A stretch of 64,000 nt of DNA from Podarcis erhardii (Eukaryota). Both the position numbers and the translations under genes were made by a program. The stretch lies in NCBI GenBank assembly GCA_964252035.1, contig OZ176200.1; one strand, 5' to 3'. Below the pieces are notes generated by a model. The model was not told the origin of the DNA and searched no databases. It saw nothing but the letters and a program-made list of their open reading frames with translations. Shown piece by piece: positions 12,657-24,470 of this stretch (positions are counted from its first letter, which is position 1; each line of letters opens with the position of its first letter).

Positions 12657-12755
12657 TGCTCAGATGTTGTTGGACTGCAACCCCAGTCATTCCTGACCTT
12701 TTGCCATGCTGGCTGAAGCCAATGGGAGCTGTTGTTCAACAATACCTGGAAGGCT
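12657..12755. mobile_element. Degraded palindromic hAT-type MITE
   Basis: cagatgttgttggactgcaa...gttgttcaacaatacctgg; same family as 26339. Confidence 0.65.
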
Positions 12756-12763
12756 AGTCTGAG

Positions 12764-12898
12764 TGGCAGCAGCTATCCAGGGACTGAAGGAGCCGTTCCC
12801 ATAACTCCCAACCTTATCCTTTTTTAAAATGGATATGCCTCGGATTGAGTCTGGAATCTTCTGCATGCAAAGCACATCTTTTACCTGCTGAGCTAGGG
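12764..12898 (-). mobile_element. tRNA-derived SINE (Squam3-like), partial
   Basis: Reverse complement of the head TAGCTCAG..GTA...GCTTTGCATGCAGAAG..TCAATCC. Confidence 0.7.
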
Positions 12899-15800
12899 TC
12901 TATTGCTTTCAGTAATGTTCCACCTGCCCAGTTTAATTCTAGTGTCAGACCTGAGTGTAGTACATCAAGTGGGAAAACACTGTGAGGCAGAGACACAGAA
13001 GAGGGGAGATGGTTCAGCTCCCCTCCCCTCCACTTCATATGAATAATAGATCCTTTCTTCCTAGAGTTGTAGGTGAACAGTGCAGGTAGGTAAACAGTGC
13101 TGGCATGCCTAGCTTGGCCCCGGTAGGAAGGGTTTTCCAGTGCCATCTTGATGAGTCACCTTGAAGCTGTCCTGTGACCCAAAGTTTCATGATGGCACTT
13201 GCTTGTTGCTGGATTCCATTAATGCTGGGAAGGAACTAATCCTCCCCTGTGTGGCTGAAGAACTTGGCTGCAGGTTACAGAAGATGGTAGCCTCACTCTA
13301 GGGAAGGGACACTCTGTATCTTCTCAGCTTAGAGTTTTGCTAGTAAATATAGCACAGGAGGAGGACAGTGCCAGAGAGATAATTTTGTTGAGCAGCGCTG
13401 TTGCTAGTGCCCAGCTTTTCCTGCTCCTCAGCCATTCCAGGGAGCCTGGTCACCCTGAGCCAAGGTGTCACCACTCTTGGCTCTGAAAACACTGGTCTCC
13501 TTCTTCCTCCCCTCCCTCTGTCTGCTTTAAAGAGAAGAAGGAAATAAGGCATATAATAAAAAGGCCAGAGGAAGTGGAGGGTTTCTAAAGTTTGGTGCAA
13601 AGGTTTTGAAGCCTAGGGCGGAAGACGTTTGAAATGTGCATGCAGCAGCAATACAGAGGGAACTATGGCAGCCATTCTCTGGGTGTGGGAGTTATATGGA
13701 ATGCCTTGAATCAGAGGGCAATGGCTTCTTTCTCTGCGCACATTAGCAGTATCAGTCTGAGTTTTGCCCACATTGCAATTGGCACTGACCTTTGCCCGTA
13801 TCTCACTGCTTCCCAATGACTTTCCCACTCAAGCATCCAGCAAGGCTGTTGCTTTCTTGCTCTCTTCCCCTCCTTCCCCTTCCTGTGTGCCATGCTCCTT
13901 TCGCTTCTCAGCGAACAGACTCGTGCCTTTCCTCAAGGTCTCCTGGTACCGACAGCTGGCATCTTGCTTGTATGTTGTGCTCATTGTGTTCGGGATAAAA
14001 CTTAAAAGTTGCAAAGGGCTTGTGTTGGCCTTCAGGCTTATGCCAGCAACTGCAAGAAAGTATGATTCAATAGGGATTAAGGGTTTTAGAAAGGAAGCCA
14101 ACTTCCATGCATCTCCTGCTTGTTGATGCCAAAGGATGGGAGTATGAACAGAAGGGGGTATTATCCCCGAAAATGCATTATCCCCAGCTTCAGACATTCA
14201 AGGAAGTTCAAGGAAGACAACGCAGTGTGGCGATAACTGGAACCACCCACTTCCACTCCCAGAGGCCTGATAGATCTAGATCTAGATGCTGCTCACTGGA
14301 TCTCTTCCACTTCTGCAATTCTATAGGAGAAATCTTGTGCCTCTCCAGTGACAAGGCTGCAGGGAGGGATAATATACACATTTTGCATATATTAGTTCAC
14401 TGAAATGAGGATGATCTTGAAACTTAACTGCTGAAGCTTAACTTGAAAAATGACTGAAATATTTTGGGGTTTAAAACCAGACAGGTAACAGTCCTTGCCG
14501 AAAGGGATTTGTCTCCCTTAGAGGCACTACCTGGTTTGAGGGGGGGGCACCTCTCCCTCCCTGGTGCTCTACCTTGACTTCTTTTACTTTTGCTGTCATG
14601 GTTGCCTTGGTGGCAGCCGTACATTTCTCCCTCCCTGAGTGGCTAGATAGGTAGGAGGCAGATGAGGACAAAGTTGTTGGCTGGCACATGCTACAAAGTG
14701 GTGCTGCACCAGCCAATTACTCTAAGGCTTAAACTGCCCACCATATTTTTTTTTAAAGTACTAACCCCAGGGTGAGAGTGACAGTGAGCTTTTCCAGGCA
14801 GAGGCCAGCCTCATGGTCATAGGCCCAATGAGAGCATCACTGTAGCAAGAGGATGAGCCAAGTTCCCTTAGCCTACTAACCTTGCTTCTCTCATTGGTCC
14901 TGCACCCCCAAAGGGGTGGCTTAGCTCCCTGCCGCTACTGTCCTGGACTTAGCAATTGTTAAAATAAAAATGGTGGGCTGCTAGAGCCTTGTCTGTCTGT
15001 GCAGCCATTCACTTCCTATCTTGGGGGGGAGTCTTTTGGAATGCTTGGGGGCCAGCAAGCTATGCAGTCGCTGGACTTGAACCTGTTAGTTCAGCCTTAG
15101 CACCGCTTGTCCCTGTTTTTACACACACACAAAATGCTGCTGCTTTACTTTAAAGAGTTTTGTGTGTGGTGCTGCTTGAGCTCACTGCTCCTTTCATCAA
15201 TGGATTTCCCTTAGTTTCAGATGTTGTATTGTGGTTGCTTCTGTTGCCATGGATTCTGGCTTCCTCCTCTTTCTCCTCCCAAGTGGGTTTCTGTTTTGGG
15301 AATCTCAGAATGCTGCCCAAAATCTGTGCATTCCTGTTCTTTCCCTCCTTTAAAGAAAAAGAAAAGAAACTTCCCTTTTCTTTCAGCTGTGTGAAAAGCA
15401 AGACTCTCTGCAGCTGAGAAAATGGCATAGCTGTTACTAATCAGGGAGAGATCCAGATTAGCCAAGGGACTCAAAAGCAGCCCCAAAGCCCCATGAGTTT
15501 TAGAAACTTTTTAAGGACATCTCCCCGGGACCAGTGCCTTAAAAAAATTTTTTTTTTAATCATTCAATTGTGTTTGTGAGGTGGGTGCAGGAAGGAGGGA
15601 ATTCATTCATTGCTGCTTATATAAAATAAGTGGGCTCTTTTCCCCAGTTGGGGTTTGAATGTGCTGACATGAAGCTTACATCTGCAAATCTTAAGTAAAT
15701 GAGGTGGAGCAAGCTTACCCCATTTAGTGAACGAGACCCCTCCCTCTGGCAGGTTTCTTTAAGGAAAAGAAAAAAGAAAGAAGTCCAGGCACTGCAACAA

Positions 15801-17197
15801 ACACAGCTTCACAACTGATGAGAGTTTGGTGTCTCCTGCTTGCTGTGACTGCCTCTGTTCCCTGGCACTGCTGTTTCGTTTCACAGCTGCAGGGCACAAT
15901 TTGAAATATTGCAGGTGCTGTTCCCAGCTACAAAGTTTTCATGTTAACAAAATCCATTGCTGCAAATGACTTTCAGGATTTCACTGTTATGCATCAGTTG
16001 AAATCAGAGACTCAGGTTGACATCAGGGCACATCTGCACCGCTAGACATCTTAAGGTGTTTATCTGTACCACAGACTTCAATCTCAGTTTGGAGCAGGCT
16101 CACCTAAAACAAACTAATTTGGATTTGATTAGAACAGCCCCAAGCTGAGCTCATTCTTAGCTATAGCCCAGTCACAGTTCTGAGTCTTCTTGCACTCCCA
16201 GTGATGTCATTGGCAGGGATGGGAAAGAAATTTGATTCAGTTCACAATTTTCAAAACAATGCACAAAGCGAAACACAACCGTCTTTTGAAATCTGCACTT
16301 CTCTGAATTTTGCAGTGTGCTTCTCCTGACAAGTAATGTGTACAAAAATGCACATACTAATGCAAAGTGTGCATATAAGTGCATATATTAGTGGAAAATA
16401 ACATACAGAATGCATAATTTCAGGATCAATCGCTTTACAAAACAAAAAAGTGTGTAAGAGGAGAAATCCACCCTAAAGTGCTGATGAATCTGCATGAGGA
16501 CTTAAATAATAGTAATAATCACAAACTGGCATGGAAAGGTGGAGAACGTGATATCAAGCCTGGATAAATGAGAAACTGAGAGGAAGCAAAATTGACAGAT
16601 TCGCCCATCCCTAATCACTGGGAACTCAATGAAGCCTGAAGATCTCCCAACAAGCTCCCCCCCCCCCCGTTGCAGTAACCACTGCAGCAACCTTTAAAGC
16701 AGGCTTTAAAAGGTTGCAGCAACAATTACCTGAGCTTTGCTTGGGCTTCTCAGTAACGGAGCTACATTTCCCAGGTGTCTTGGCACCCACAATGCTGCTG
16801 CTGTGCTCCAGGGCCCAATAATGGCTGCAGTAGCAAGTCTTCTCTATGCTGCTGCTAACAAGTAAGTTTCAACAGGAAAGGGGAGAGGCCTATGGTGGTG
16901 GCAGCCAGAGCAAAGCTCATTGTAAGCCAAGCCCAAAGTGTGGAAATGTTTGCGATTAGTTCAGAAGTTCCAAATTAGGGAAGTTTGCACTCTGAACCCT
17001 CCGTTCCAATTTTTGGCAGCATCACGTTCATAAACAAGTTTAATAGACTAGGGATGGGTGTGTGTGTCTGTGTTTGTGTATGCACACCCCCCCAGACCAC
17101 TAAGAGAAATTTATCAGCACCCACATCAATCAACATTTCCCATAATTAATCCAGGGAGCATATACTGTTAGGGGGAATAAGAGCCAATTAAATTATA

Positions 17198-17397
17198 ATT
17201 TATTGTTACATTTATACCCTACCTTTCTTCCCAGGAGCTCAGGGTAGCATACATGGTTCTCCTCCTAATTTACAACAACCCTGTGAGGTAGATTAGGCTA
17301 AGAAACTGCCACTCACCCACCAAGCCTCATGGCTAAGTGGAGATTTGAATCCTGGTCTCTCAGGTTCTAGCCCAGCACTCTAACCACTGCACCACAC
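17198..17397 (-). mobile_element. MIR/CORE-like tRNA-derived SINE
   Basis: Reverse complement reads gtggtgcagtggttagagtg...gattcaaatc...acctcacagggttgttgt...tataaatgtaac. Confidence 0.75.
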
Positions 17398-18401
17398 AAA
17401 AAGCATATATCTTCAGAGACTTGAACTTTCCTCTCTGTTGCCTTAGATTGAATCTGAAAGTTGAAGAAGACAAGAATAGCAAGCAGCCTTCGATCTCTTT
17501 TCTGGACCACGTTAGCCCGTGGCCTTGGGGTTTCTCCCCCTTCCTTTCCCCTTCAGTGTGTGGCTTTGCTCAACTGCTTGAGTCTCCTGGACCTATTCCC
17601 CCCACCCCCAGCACACACACCCTGCTTCTGGCTCAGTGTGGCGTGGAAAGGATTGTATATGAGGATCCCTTCCAATTCCTTGAGCTGGCTTTTCTCTTGA
17701 CCTGTATCTGCCTTCTCCTGCCAACTGCCTCCTGGGTCATTGTATGGAAATGTTGGAGCAGGGAGGAGGAGGAAGGCCTGAAGACAAGGAGGGGAATATA
17801 TTACTGTGGTGGAGAAATCTTAAGTTGCCTAAGAATATGTGGTAATATTGGGTGAATGGAAGGAAAAAAGTAATCAGGCTGTTAAGTTTGCCTGCTCTAA
17901 GTACACCCTACGTAAATCAGTGCTTTGGTTCATGTTAATAAATCCTACACACAGATCACATGCACACACCTATTACAGCCAGGTAAGAGAAGTAAAATAC
18001 GATGCAGGGCATCCACACCAACGTCTTATCCTCCAGAAGCCCAGCTCAGGAGGCGAGGAAGGAAATGAACAGGGCATCTTGGGGATTTTTGGCTTCAGCA
18101 TGAACTCTATGCTTTCTCCAATGCAGCTCCTTCATTATGCAGGGATTTTTAAATGTATGAACCGGGTTGTCACAATTTTGAGTTGTGCTTGTTGGGTTTG
18201 GTTTGGTTTTCACTATAATCCGCTGGTGGAAAGTGATGGATTTGCCCATTTCCCCTCTCCTGATTAATTGATTCAGTTTCTTTCCAAAGCCAAGACACAG
18301 CCCAAAGATCTGAATATTGGCTCATAAAGACTTTCTAAATGTATTGAAGCTCTTCCTGTGCTTGGAACGCCACTTTTCTCACAGTGCAATTGAACTTTCA
18401 G

Positions 18402-18601
18402 GAGTACAGTCACCACGGGAGAAGTCACCAGAAGAAGCCGAAGCCCCTGTACGGAGACGTACCACCAGTGAAGGCCAGTATGAGAACAGTCCCCAGGATC
18501 CTAGTTCACCACGAAGCCCCACAGTTCGTTCTCCAGTTCACTGTGTCTCACCGGAGGTGGTCAGCACCATCGCAGCCAACCCTGGAGGAAGGCCCAAGGA
18601 G
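18402..18601 (+). CDS. TNS1: TNS1 exon (200 nt): [12 protein letters not shown]...NPGGRPKE
   Basis: actttcag| acceptor and GAG|gtgctt donor. Matches tensin-1 RRRxxSxGQYENxSP...SPRSPxVRSPV. Confidence 0.93.
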
Positions 18602-19501
18602 GTGCTTTTCTTTTTCTTATTAAAACACTGTTTTCCCTTCTGACCTTGCTGCTTGCATGCATGGAAACACAGAGGGGATATATGTCTCTTTGACCCCAGC
18701 GCTTGGTAGTAGGTAGGGAAGGGCCAGGGTTGGGAAGGGCAATGAATTTAGTTTGGCAGTAGAATGGATTAAGTAAATGGCACATGCATGGGTAGGCCTC
18801 CCTAAGTATTCCTTGGGTATAAATTGCTCCTTCAGTTTTGGAAGAGGTTGCAATGGTTTGGGACTCAGAAATGTCCATGGTTGTTCTCATGTCCAACATG
18901 ATGGAATACCAGTTGCAACCTGTGTTGCTGAAACTGGGAAGAGCCACCATCAGTCCCTCCTATTCTGGCCACTTGCTGGAAGCCTCTGGACCGTCACTAT
19001 ATTCCGGGACAGATTCAAGTGCATGCTGGAAATTTAGACTTGTGTAATCAAAGTGGATGAAGGTCCTCTGTTGCACTAGTGCCACAAATCCACTTTTTAA
19101 TTTTGGGAATGGACTGTTGCAATTAGGAAAGTGACAGGGAAGTGCACTGAAAATGTGGAATCAATGACTGACAGGAAGATGCAAATGAATCAGAATGAAT
19201 ACTCAGTAAAGCAAATTATTATGAATGCTCAGTTAACGGGTCATCTGTAGGATCTGTTTCTGACAGTATGGGGAATGGAAGCCAACTACGGAAGCAGAGT
19301 GTTTTCTGAAATTAGGAGCAGGAGAAAGGGTCATAAAGGCAAGAAAAGGAAGCATAGGAGCAAGCAGTTTAAAATTGCAACCAGACCAGGCGGGAGCATC
19401 TGGCAAAGAGAAGGCAGGCATTTCTCCTTCCCCAATTTGTGGGGGAGAGGTCAGGAAGGTCCTGAATTTTGATAACTGATTCTGCTTTCCCTCTTTTACA
19501 G

Positions 19502-19577
19502 CCCCATCTCCACAGTTACAAAGAGGCCTTTGAAGAGATGCAGGGGACCTCTCCAAGCAGCCCACCTTCCAGTGGTG
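19502..19577 (+). CDS. TNS1: TNS1 exon (76 nt): [25 protein letters not shown]
   Basis: ctcttttacag| acceptor and GTG|gtgaga donor; conserved peptide. Confidence 0.95.
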
Positions 19578-20085
19578 GTGAGACCTCTCCCCCAACCCCT
19601 GCCTTCCCTGTCTCACCACAAACCCCTTACAGTAACCTACGTAAGTTCCATGGCAGGGGATGGGAGAGGGGGGCATTGGTGGGTGGCTTGGGCAAAGCCA
19701 GACTTAAGAGGCAGTCGGTCAAACCGTTCTCAGCTTCCCAACACCCACCACCATTTTAATCACCCCTTCACTTTCTTGTTTCTATCTGTCTGCCAGTCTT
19801 GGCTTCTTCCCCCATCACCTTTCATCTCTGCTTGCTGTAAATTTCTCACAGTGTCACCAATAAGTATGCATTCGTCCATGCTAATTATCACAACAGCAAA
19901 GTTTTGCAACTCTTGGGGGGGATTGATTATGGTTAGAGTCATTAGCTACCAGCAAGTGGTGAAGAGGAACCACAATTTCTGAATGTCAGCATAAACCATA
20001 GCAGCAGAGCCCTGGGCTGTCTTCTACACTCTCCTTCTCATTGTCCGCCAGACAAGGAGGTTCACAATTGTTCAAAATTTCCAAA

Positions 20086-20195
20086 GTGTTGGCTGTGCTA
20101 GCTAGTTACAGCAAAAAACAGTAAAGAGCCTTGCAACTCCTTGAAGACTGTTTGCTGATTTTGAAGATGCCACAAGGCTCTGTTATTATTGTATA
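20086..20195. mobile_element. Degraded inverted Penelope-type element
   Basis: agagccttg (20125-20133) and caaggctct (20173-20181) form arms inside a gtagccatgttagtc...gcaccttaaagact-like context. Confidence 0.45.
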
Positions 20196-23131
20196 AAGGT
20201 TCTGCAGTTAAGATAGCAGAACTGCACAACTTACGGCCTGCTAAGCTTAGTGAAGCCCTCTAGCCATGTAGGGCAGCGTACTTGGGGCTTGATAATACTT
20301 CTGTTCTTGGTGTCAACCAGCGATTGCAGGATTGGAGTTGGGTGTGGCTTGTTAAACCACAGCATATGCCTGGTGGGTTTATTTGGCTATGTAGGTCATC
20401 CTTTGTGCAGGCCTATTTTAGAGAAACCCATCCAATGTTTTTGGTACACAGTATCTGCCTTCCTAGATGCCAAGGGGAAAAAGTTAAATTCGCCTTGCTC
20501 TCCATAGCATGGACAAATACACAAAGTTGGATTAACAAGAATGTCACATGGTCCTGACAGTAGTTTCCCCATATCCATCAGCAACACTTAGTAGTTATGT
20601 ATATGAGTTATGTAATGCACTTATAACAATGACATGATTTATGAACCTCTATGAAAACACTTACATAGGCAAATTTGCTTCCCTGCTGAGGGAATTTTAT
20701 ACCACACTGTGAAGATTCCCAGTTCATAAATTCTAGATGGTACATAAGTTCAGGTCCTTGTTATTATGAATGAAGAATTCCCCATCCTGTGAAGCATCTG
20801 GCAGGATCATGGACTTAAATTAGTAATTATATTTCCCTGCCTGACAGTTAAAAACATATCTGCAAGCCCTGGTGCATAAGCTGGAGAAATCCCTTTGGTC
20901 TGATCATTCAGGGATACTCTGACCAGTGTAATGTTCCAGGGATTATTTTTTTTAAAGTATTTTTTTTTAAGGGGGAGCGGAATCACTTACTGTACCTATA
21001 AACCTGCCTATCACATGTGTCAGTCAGTTTCAGAACTATTAACTGCTTTTCTAGACAGAAAAACAATACCGCAAATCTGCCAGAGTTGATGGGTTAGAAA
21101 AGGCAAACAGCCCTGGTTATGCCTAACACCTGAGCTGAGCTGTGGAATGTCCCAAAGGAGAAGTATTTAAAGTTTAGGTTTTTGGCACACAGATCCTACT
21201 TTAGGCAATTTTTACATGGCTTCCTCTCTCTGTGGGAGAGGGAGAGAGAGGCAGCTGTTTTCTGCAGGTGGGAGGAAATAAAAATTAACCCAAGCCCTAA
21301 AGACACCCTTGAAATACCTCCACAACAGGACATGGGCTTATGCAGAACAGATGGAGGGATGCGTCAGCTCTTTCGCATGGAAAGGTCCACTGTTCTTCCA
21401 TCCCAAGCGCCCAGCATTCAAGGCCCTTAGCAAATTCATTCTGCCTTCTGTTTGCGCTGACAGAAACTGATGGTTGTAAATTGGGACCAGATACTGCAGT
21501 GCACAAAATCTTTCAAAACTGATGTGTGCCATTTAAAGCAGGACCTATGGGCTGGATGCAGCCCCTTGGCCTCTCCATCTGCCCTGCTGACCTCTCCTGT
21601 GCAGCCACATTTCTCCCATTGCTCAGCTGTTTCTGCCAGTCAGCTGAGTGGTAGCAAAGGAGGTGGGAGGTTGCAGCGAGGTTCAAACCTTGTCTTCTCT
21701 AATCTCTCCTATCCCACTCCCCTCCCAAAAACGCTGATCATGAGGAACAATGGAGCAATGAGGGAAGAGATGCAATGGCTGCAGAGTCCCACTGCTTCCA
21801 CTGGCAGCTTGCTGCATTTCTGTGCTGAGAAAAAGGAAGCTCATTTCTCAGCATCCCAAAAGGAAATGTGACCCGGATGTATGGATACGTGTGAATCGTG
21901 AAGGGGTATGCGTATGAATGGAGGTGCAGGTGTGTGAATGGGAATAGTGTGGGGATAAGCGGATGGGTATGAATGGGACATGCATATGTAGATCACTGTG
22001 AATGGGGTGTGTATTTGTGTATATAGCTTTGGCTCACCCCTGGCATATGCCCCTTTCCCTCTAAGCAGTTACAAGGGAATGCAGTCCCTGGACTGAAAGA
22101 AGTCCCCAACCCTGGATTGGGTAGAAAGTTCAGATACAAATTTAACGAATGATAGCTCCCACTCCCTTCTGGGCAGTTTTGTAAGGAAGGACAGGGTATA
22201 CATTTCATACATAGAGTGCATATGCTGCAGAGGCCACAACTTATTCCATAGGTGTGTACATATGTGCACCCACCCACACCAAATGAGGAATGAGTGGTTT
22301 CCATTCTACAAAGATACAGCTTTAGGGCATTTGCTGCGTTGCACACCCTGTTACTCCTTCAGTTCTCAAATGAAAGTGAACAACATGTAGATTTGCTTCT
22401 CTTTTTTTCTTTTTCTTTTTTAATGTAGTCTTCACCATTTTAAGAAAGAAATGGAAATTGAGGACAATAGCAAAAGCCCACACCGGCAGGGATTCCATTG
22501 CACTAATAGGTGCAAATGTGCCTTTTTAATCCAAAGCTAAGGGAACCAAAGGCCAAAGAGGTGCATGTACTCTTTGGTCTGTAGCTCTTCAGTGGAAGAG
22601 GTAAATCTAGCTGCAAATCTATGTGTGTTTCAATGTAGGTATGTGTGTGTTTAGATCTGTCAGAGTTTGAAGAGGCTAATGGGGACTGAGAGTGTGTCTT
22701 CAGAGTTACAGTGAGACCCTTTGCCGTCCATTTGTAACCAATCGAAAGCTGTTTGCAGCTGATCTGTGCTGTCAGCAAAAAACCAAACCAAAACAAAACA
22801 AAAAAACCCTTGCAAAGGAAGAACCAGGAGTTCACTGAATGCTCCTGATTTTTCCTTTGTAGCCACATCCTTTCTTGCTTCACACCTGACATTATGTTAC
22901 ATTCAAATAGTTTATGTATTTAGATAATACTGTATTTAATATTGTTGTTTCTCTTTGATAGAACACATTCAAAGTTGCACCAGGCCAATGCAGAGACACT
23001 GTGCAGTATACCATTTAGCTGAGTCAGTAGTTAACTTGGTCTCAACTGACAGGTGTTCCACCCATCTGACAGGGAAGTTCCAAAGGGGTAATGCCACACG
23101 CAACCAAGCTGCAGTGTGATAGTAGCTTGTA

Positions 23132-23381
23132 CAATCGTACCTTGGATTCCAAACACCTTGGTACTCAGATGTTTTGGCTCCCGGACTCTGCAAACCAGGA
23201 AGTGAGTGTTCTGGTTTGCAAATGTTCTTTGGAACCCAAATGTCCAACATGGTTTACACGGCTTCTGATTGGCTGCAGGAGTTTCCTGCAGCCAATCAGA
23301 AGTCGCGCTTGGGTTTCTGAATGTTTTGGAAATCGAACGGACTTCTGGAATGGATTCTGTTTGACTTCCAAGGTACAACTG
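23132..23381. mobile_element. Tc1/mariner-pogo (Tigger-like) MITE
   Basis: Imperfect TIRs caatcgtaccttgga / tccaaggtacaactg with TA on both sides, plus an internal 19-bp perfect hairpin. Confidence 0.8.
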
Positions 23382-24380
23382 TAATTATGAAGCACAAACA
23401 AAATATTAGAAGTATCATTGTGTAAAATGAGCCCAGGCTGTTAAACCTGGCACATCTGGTCTGTTTATGCCATGGTTACTGTTGTTGTATGCCCAGGCCT
23501 TAATCCACAGATGTCTTGAGATTTCTGTGGTAGCTCAGCTTCTGAGGCCATGGGTGAAAACCTGGTCTTTAACTTCCTCTTGCATGCTCTGTCTTCCTTA
23601 CTTTTCTAGTCAAGCATGCCTCTGAATGACTAACCCTTTGATAACTTGGTGGTGGGTTTTTAAATGTAATTAATTTAGCTTTGAACAGTTCTGCCAATAT
23701 TTCATCTGGCAGTGCTAACATGGCTAAGTGCATACCAACAGCAATGGACCAGTGAGCAGCTGGGAAATAGCAAAAATCTCAATAGTAGCAGACCCAAAAT
23801 TTTCAGAATATTCTGATTCCAAACTGGAAGCATCACTGTTGCTTCCAGAAGAGGTTGGCTCTTATTTTAGAACAGAACTGGTACTCCCACTTATTAGCAC
23901 CCCAGTTATTAATATCTACTGTCAGTTATCATGCATCGATTTTTTAGCAGGACCTTTAAAACTACATCCACACCAGTCTTATTTCCAATGCAGAGTGAAT
24001 TGTGACAGATATGTTTATGGAAAACTAAGGTGAATGAGATTCTGAACAATAACAGCAAGAAGTAGCTTAATATAGGTCCCCCAAAATAGGTAAAATGGAA
24101 TCCTCCAAGTTTCAGTTGAGCCTCATTCATTGATGTTAATATTTAAAGGCCACATCCTCAATGTGCTTGTTTCAAGGGTTAGATGAAGAGTACTTCCAAT
24201 CTTCACAATGCTGTCTTGGCTAAATATAATCTGCTTGGGAAGCACCTCACTGTCAGTGCAGGAAGTGTCTTGGGAGACCACTGCCAGGGACATTTTTGTA
24301 CTTTTAGTTGCATAATACAAGAGCAATTAACACAATTTAACCATGACTAAATGCCACCCCATTGATTTCATGGGAGCACA

Positions 24381-24470
24381 CAGCTCAATCCCATACATAT
24401 TCACTCAGAAGTAATTCATAGTGATTTCAGTAGGATTTACTCCCAAATAAATGTGCATGGGATTACAGCC
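24381..24470. repeat. Old palindromic MITE-like squamate repeat
   Basis: aatcccat (24387-24394) and atgggatt (24457-24464) arms around tcagaagtaa...atttactccc. Confidence 0.6.

Noticed and set aside
13830-13970. Pyrimidine tract plus ttctcag acceptor at 13911 as a cryptic exon
   Set aside because: The best nearby donor gives 58 nt, which is not frame-preserving, and the peptide is unrecognisable.
16687-16717. 14-bp inverted repeat gcaacctttaaagc / gctttaaaaggttgc
   Set aside because: Short, imperfect and without context; compatible with chance or a decayed MITE.
17421-17855. ORF with a TM-like stretch (FLELAFLLTCICLLLPTASWVIVWKCW) as an alternative first exon
   Set aside because: No in-frame ATG near the helix and no phase-1 donor compatible with exon 18402.
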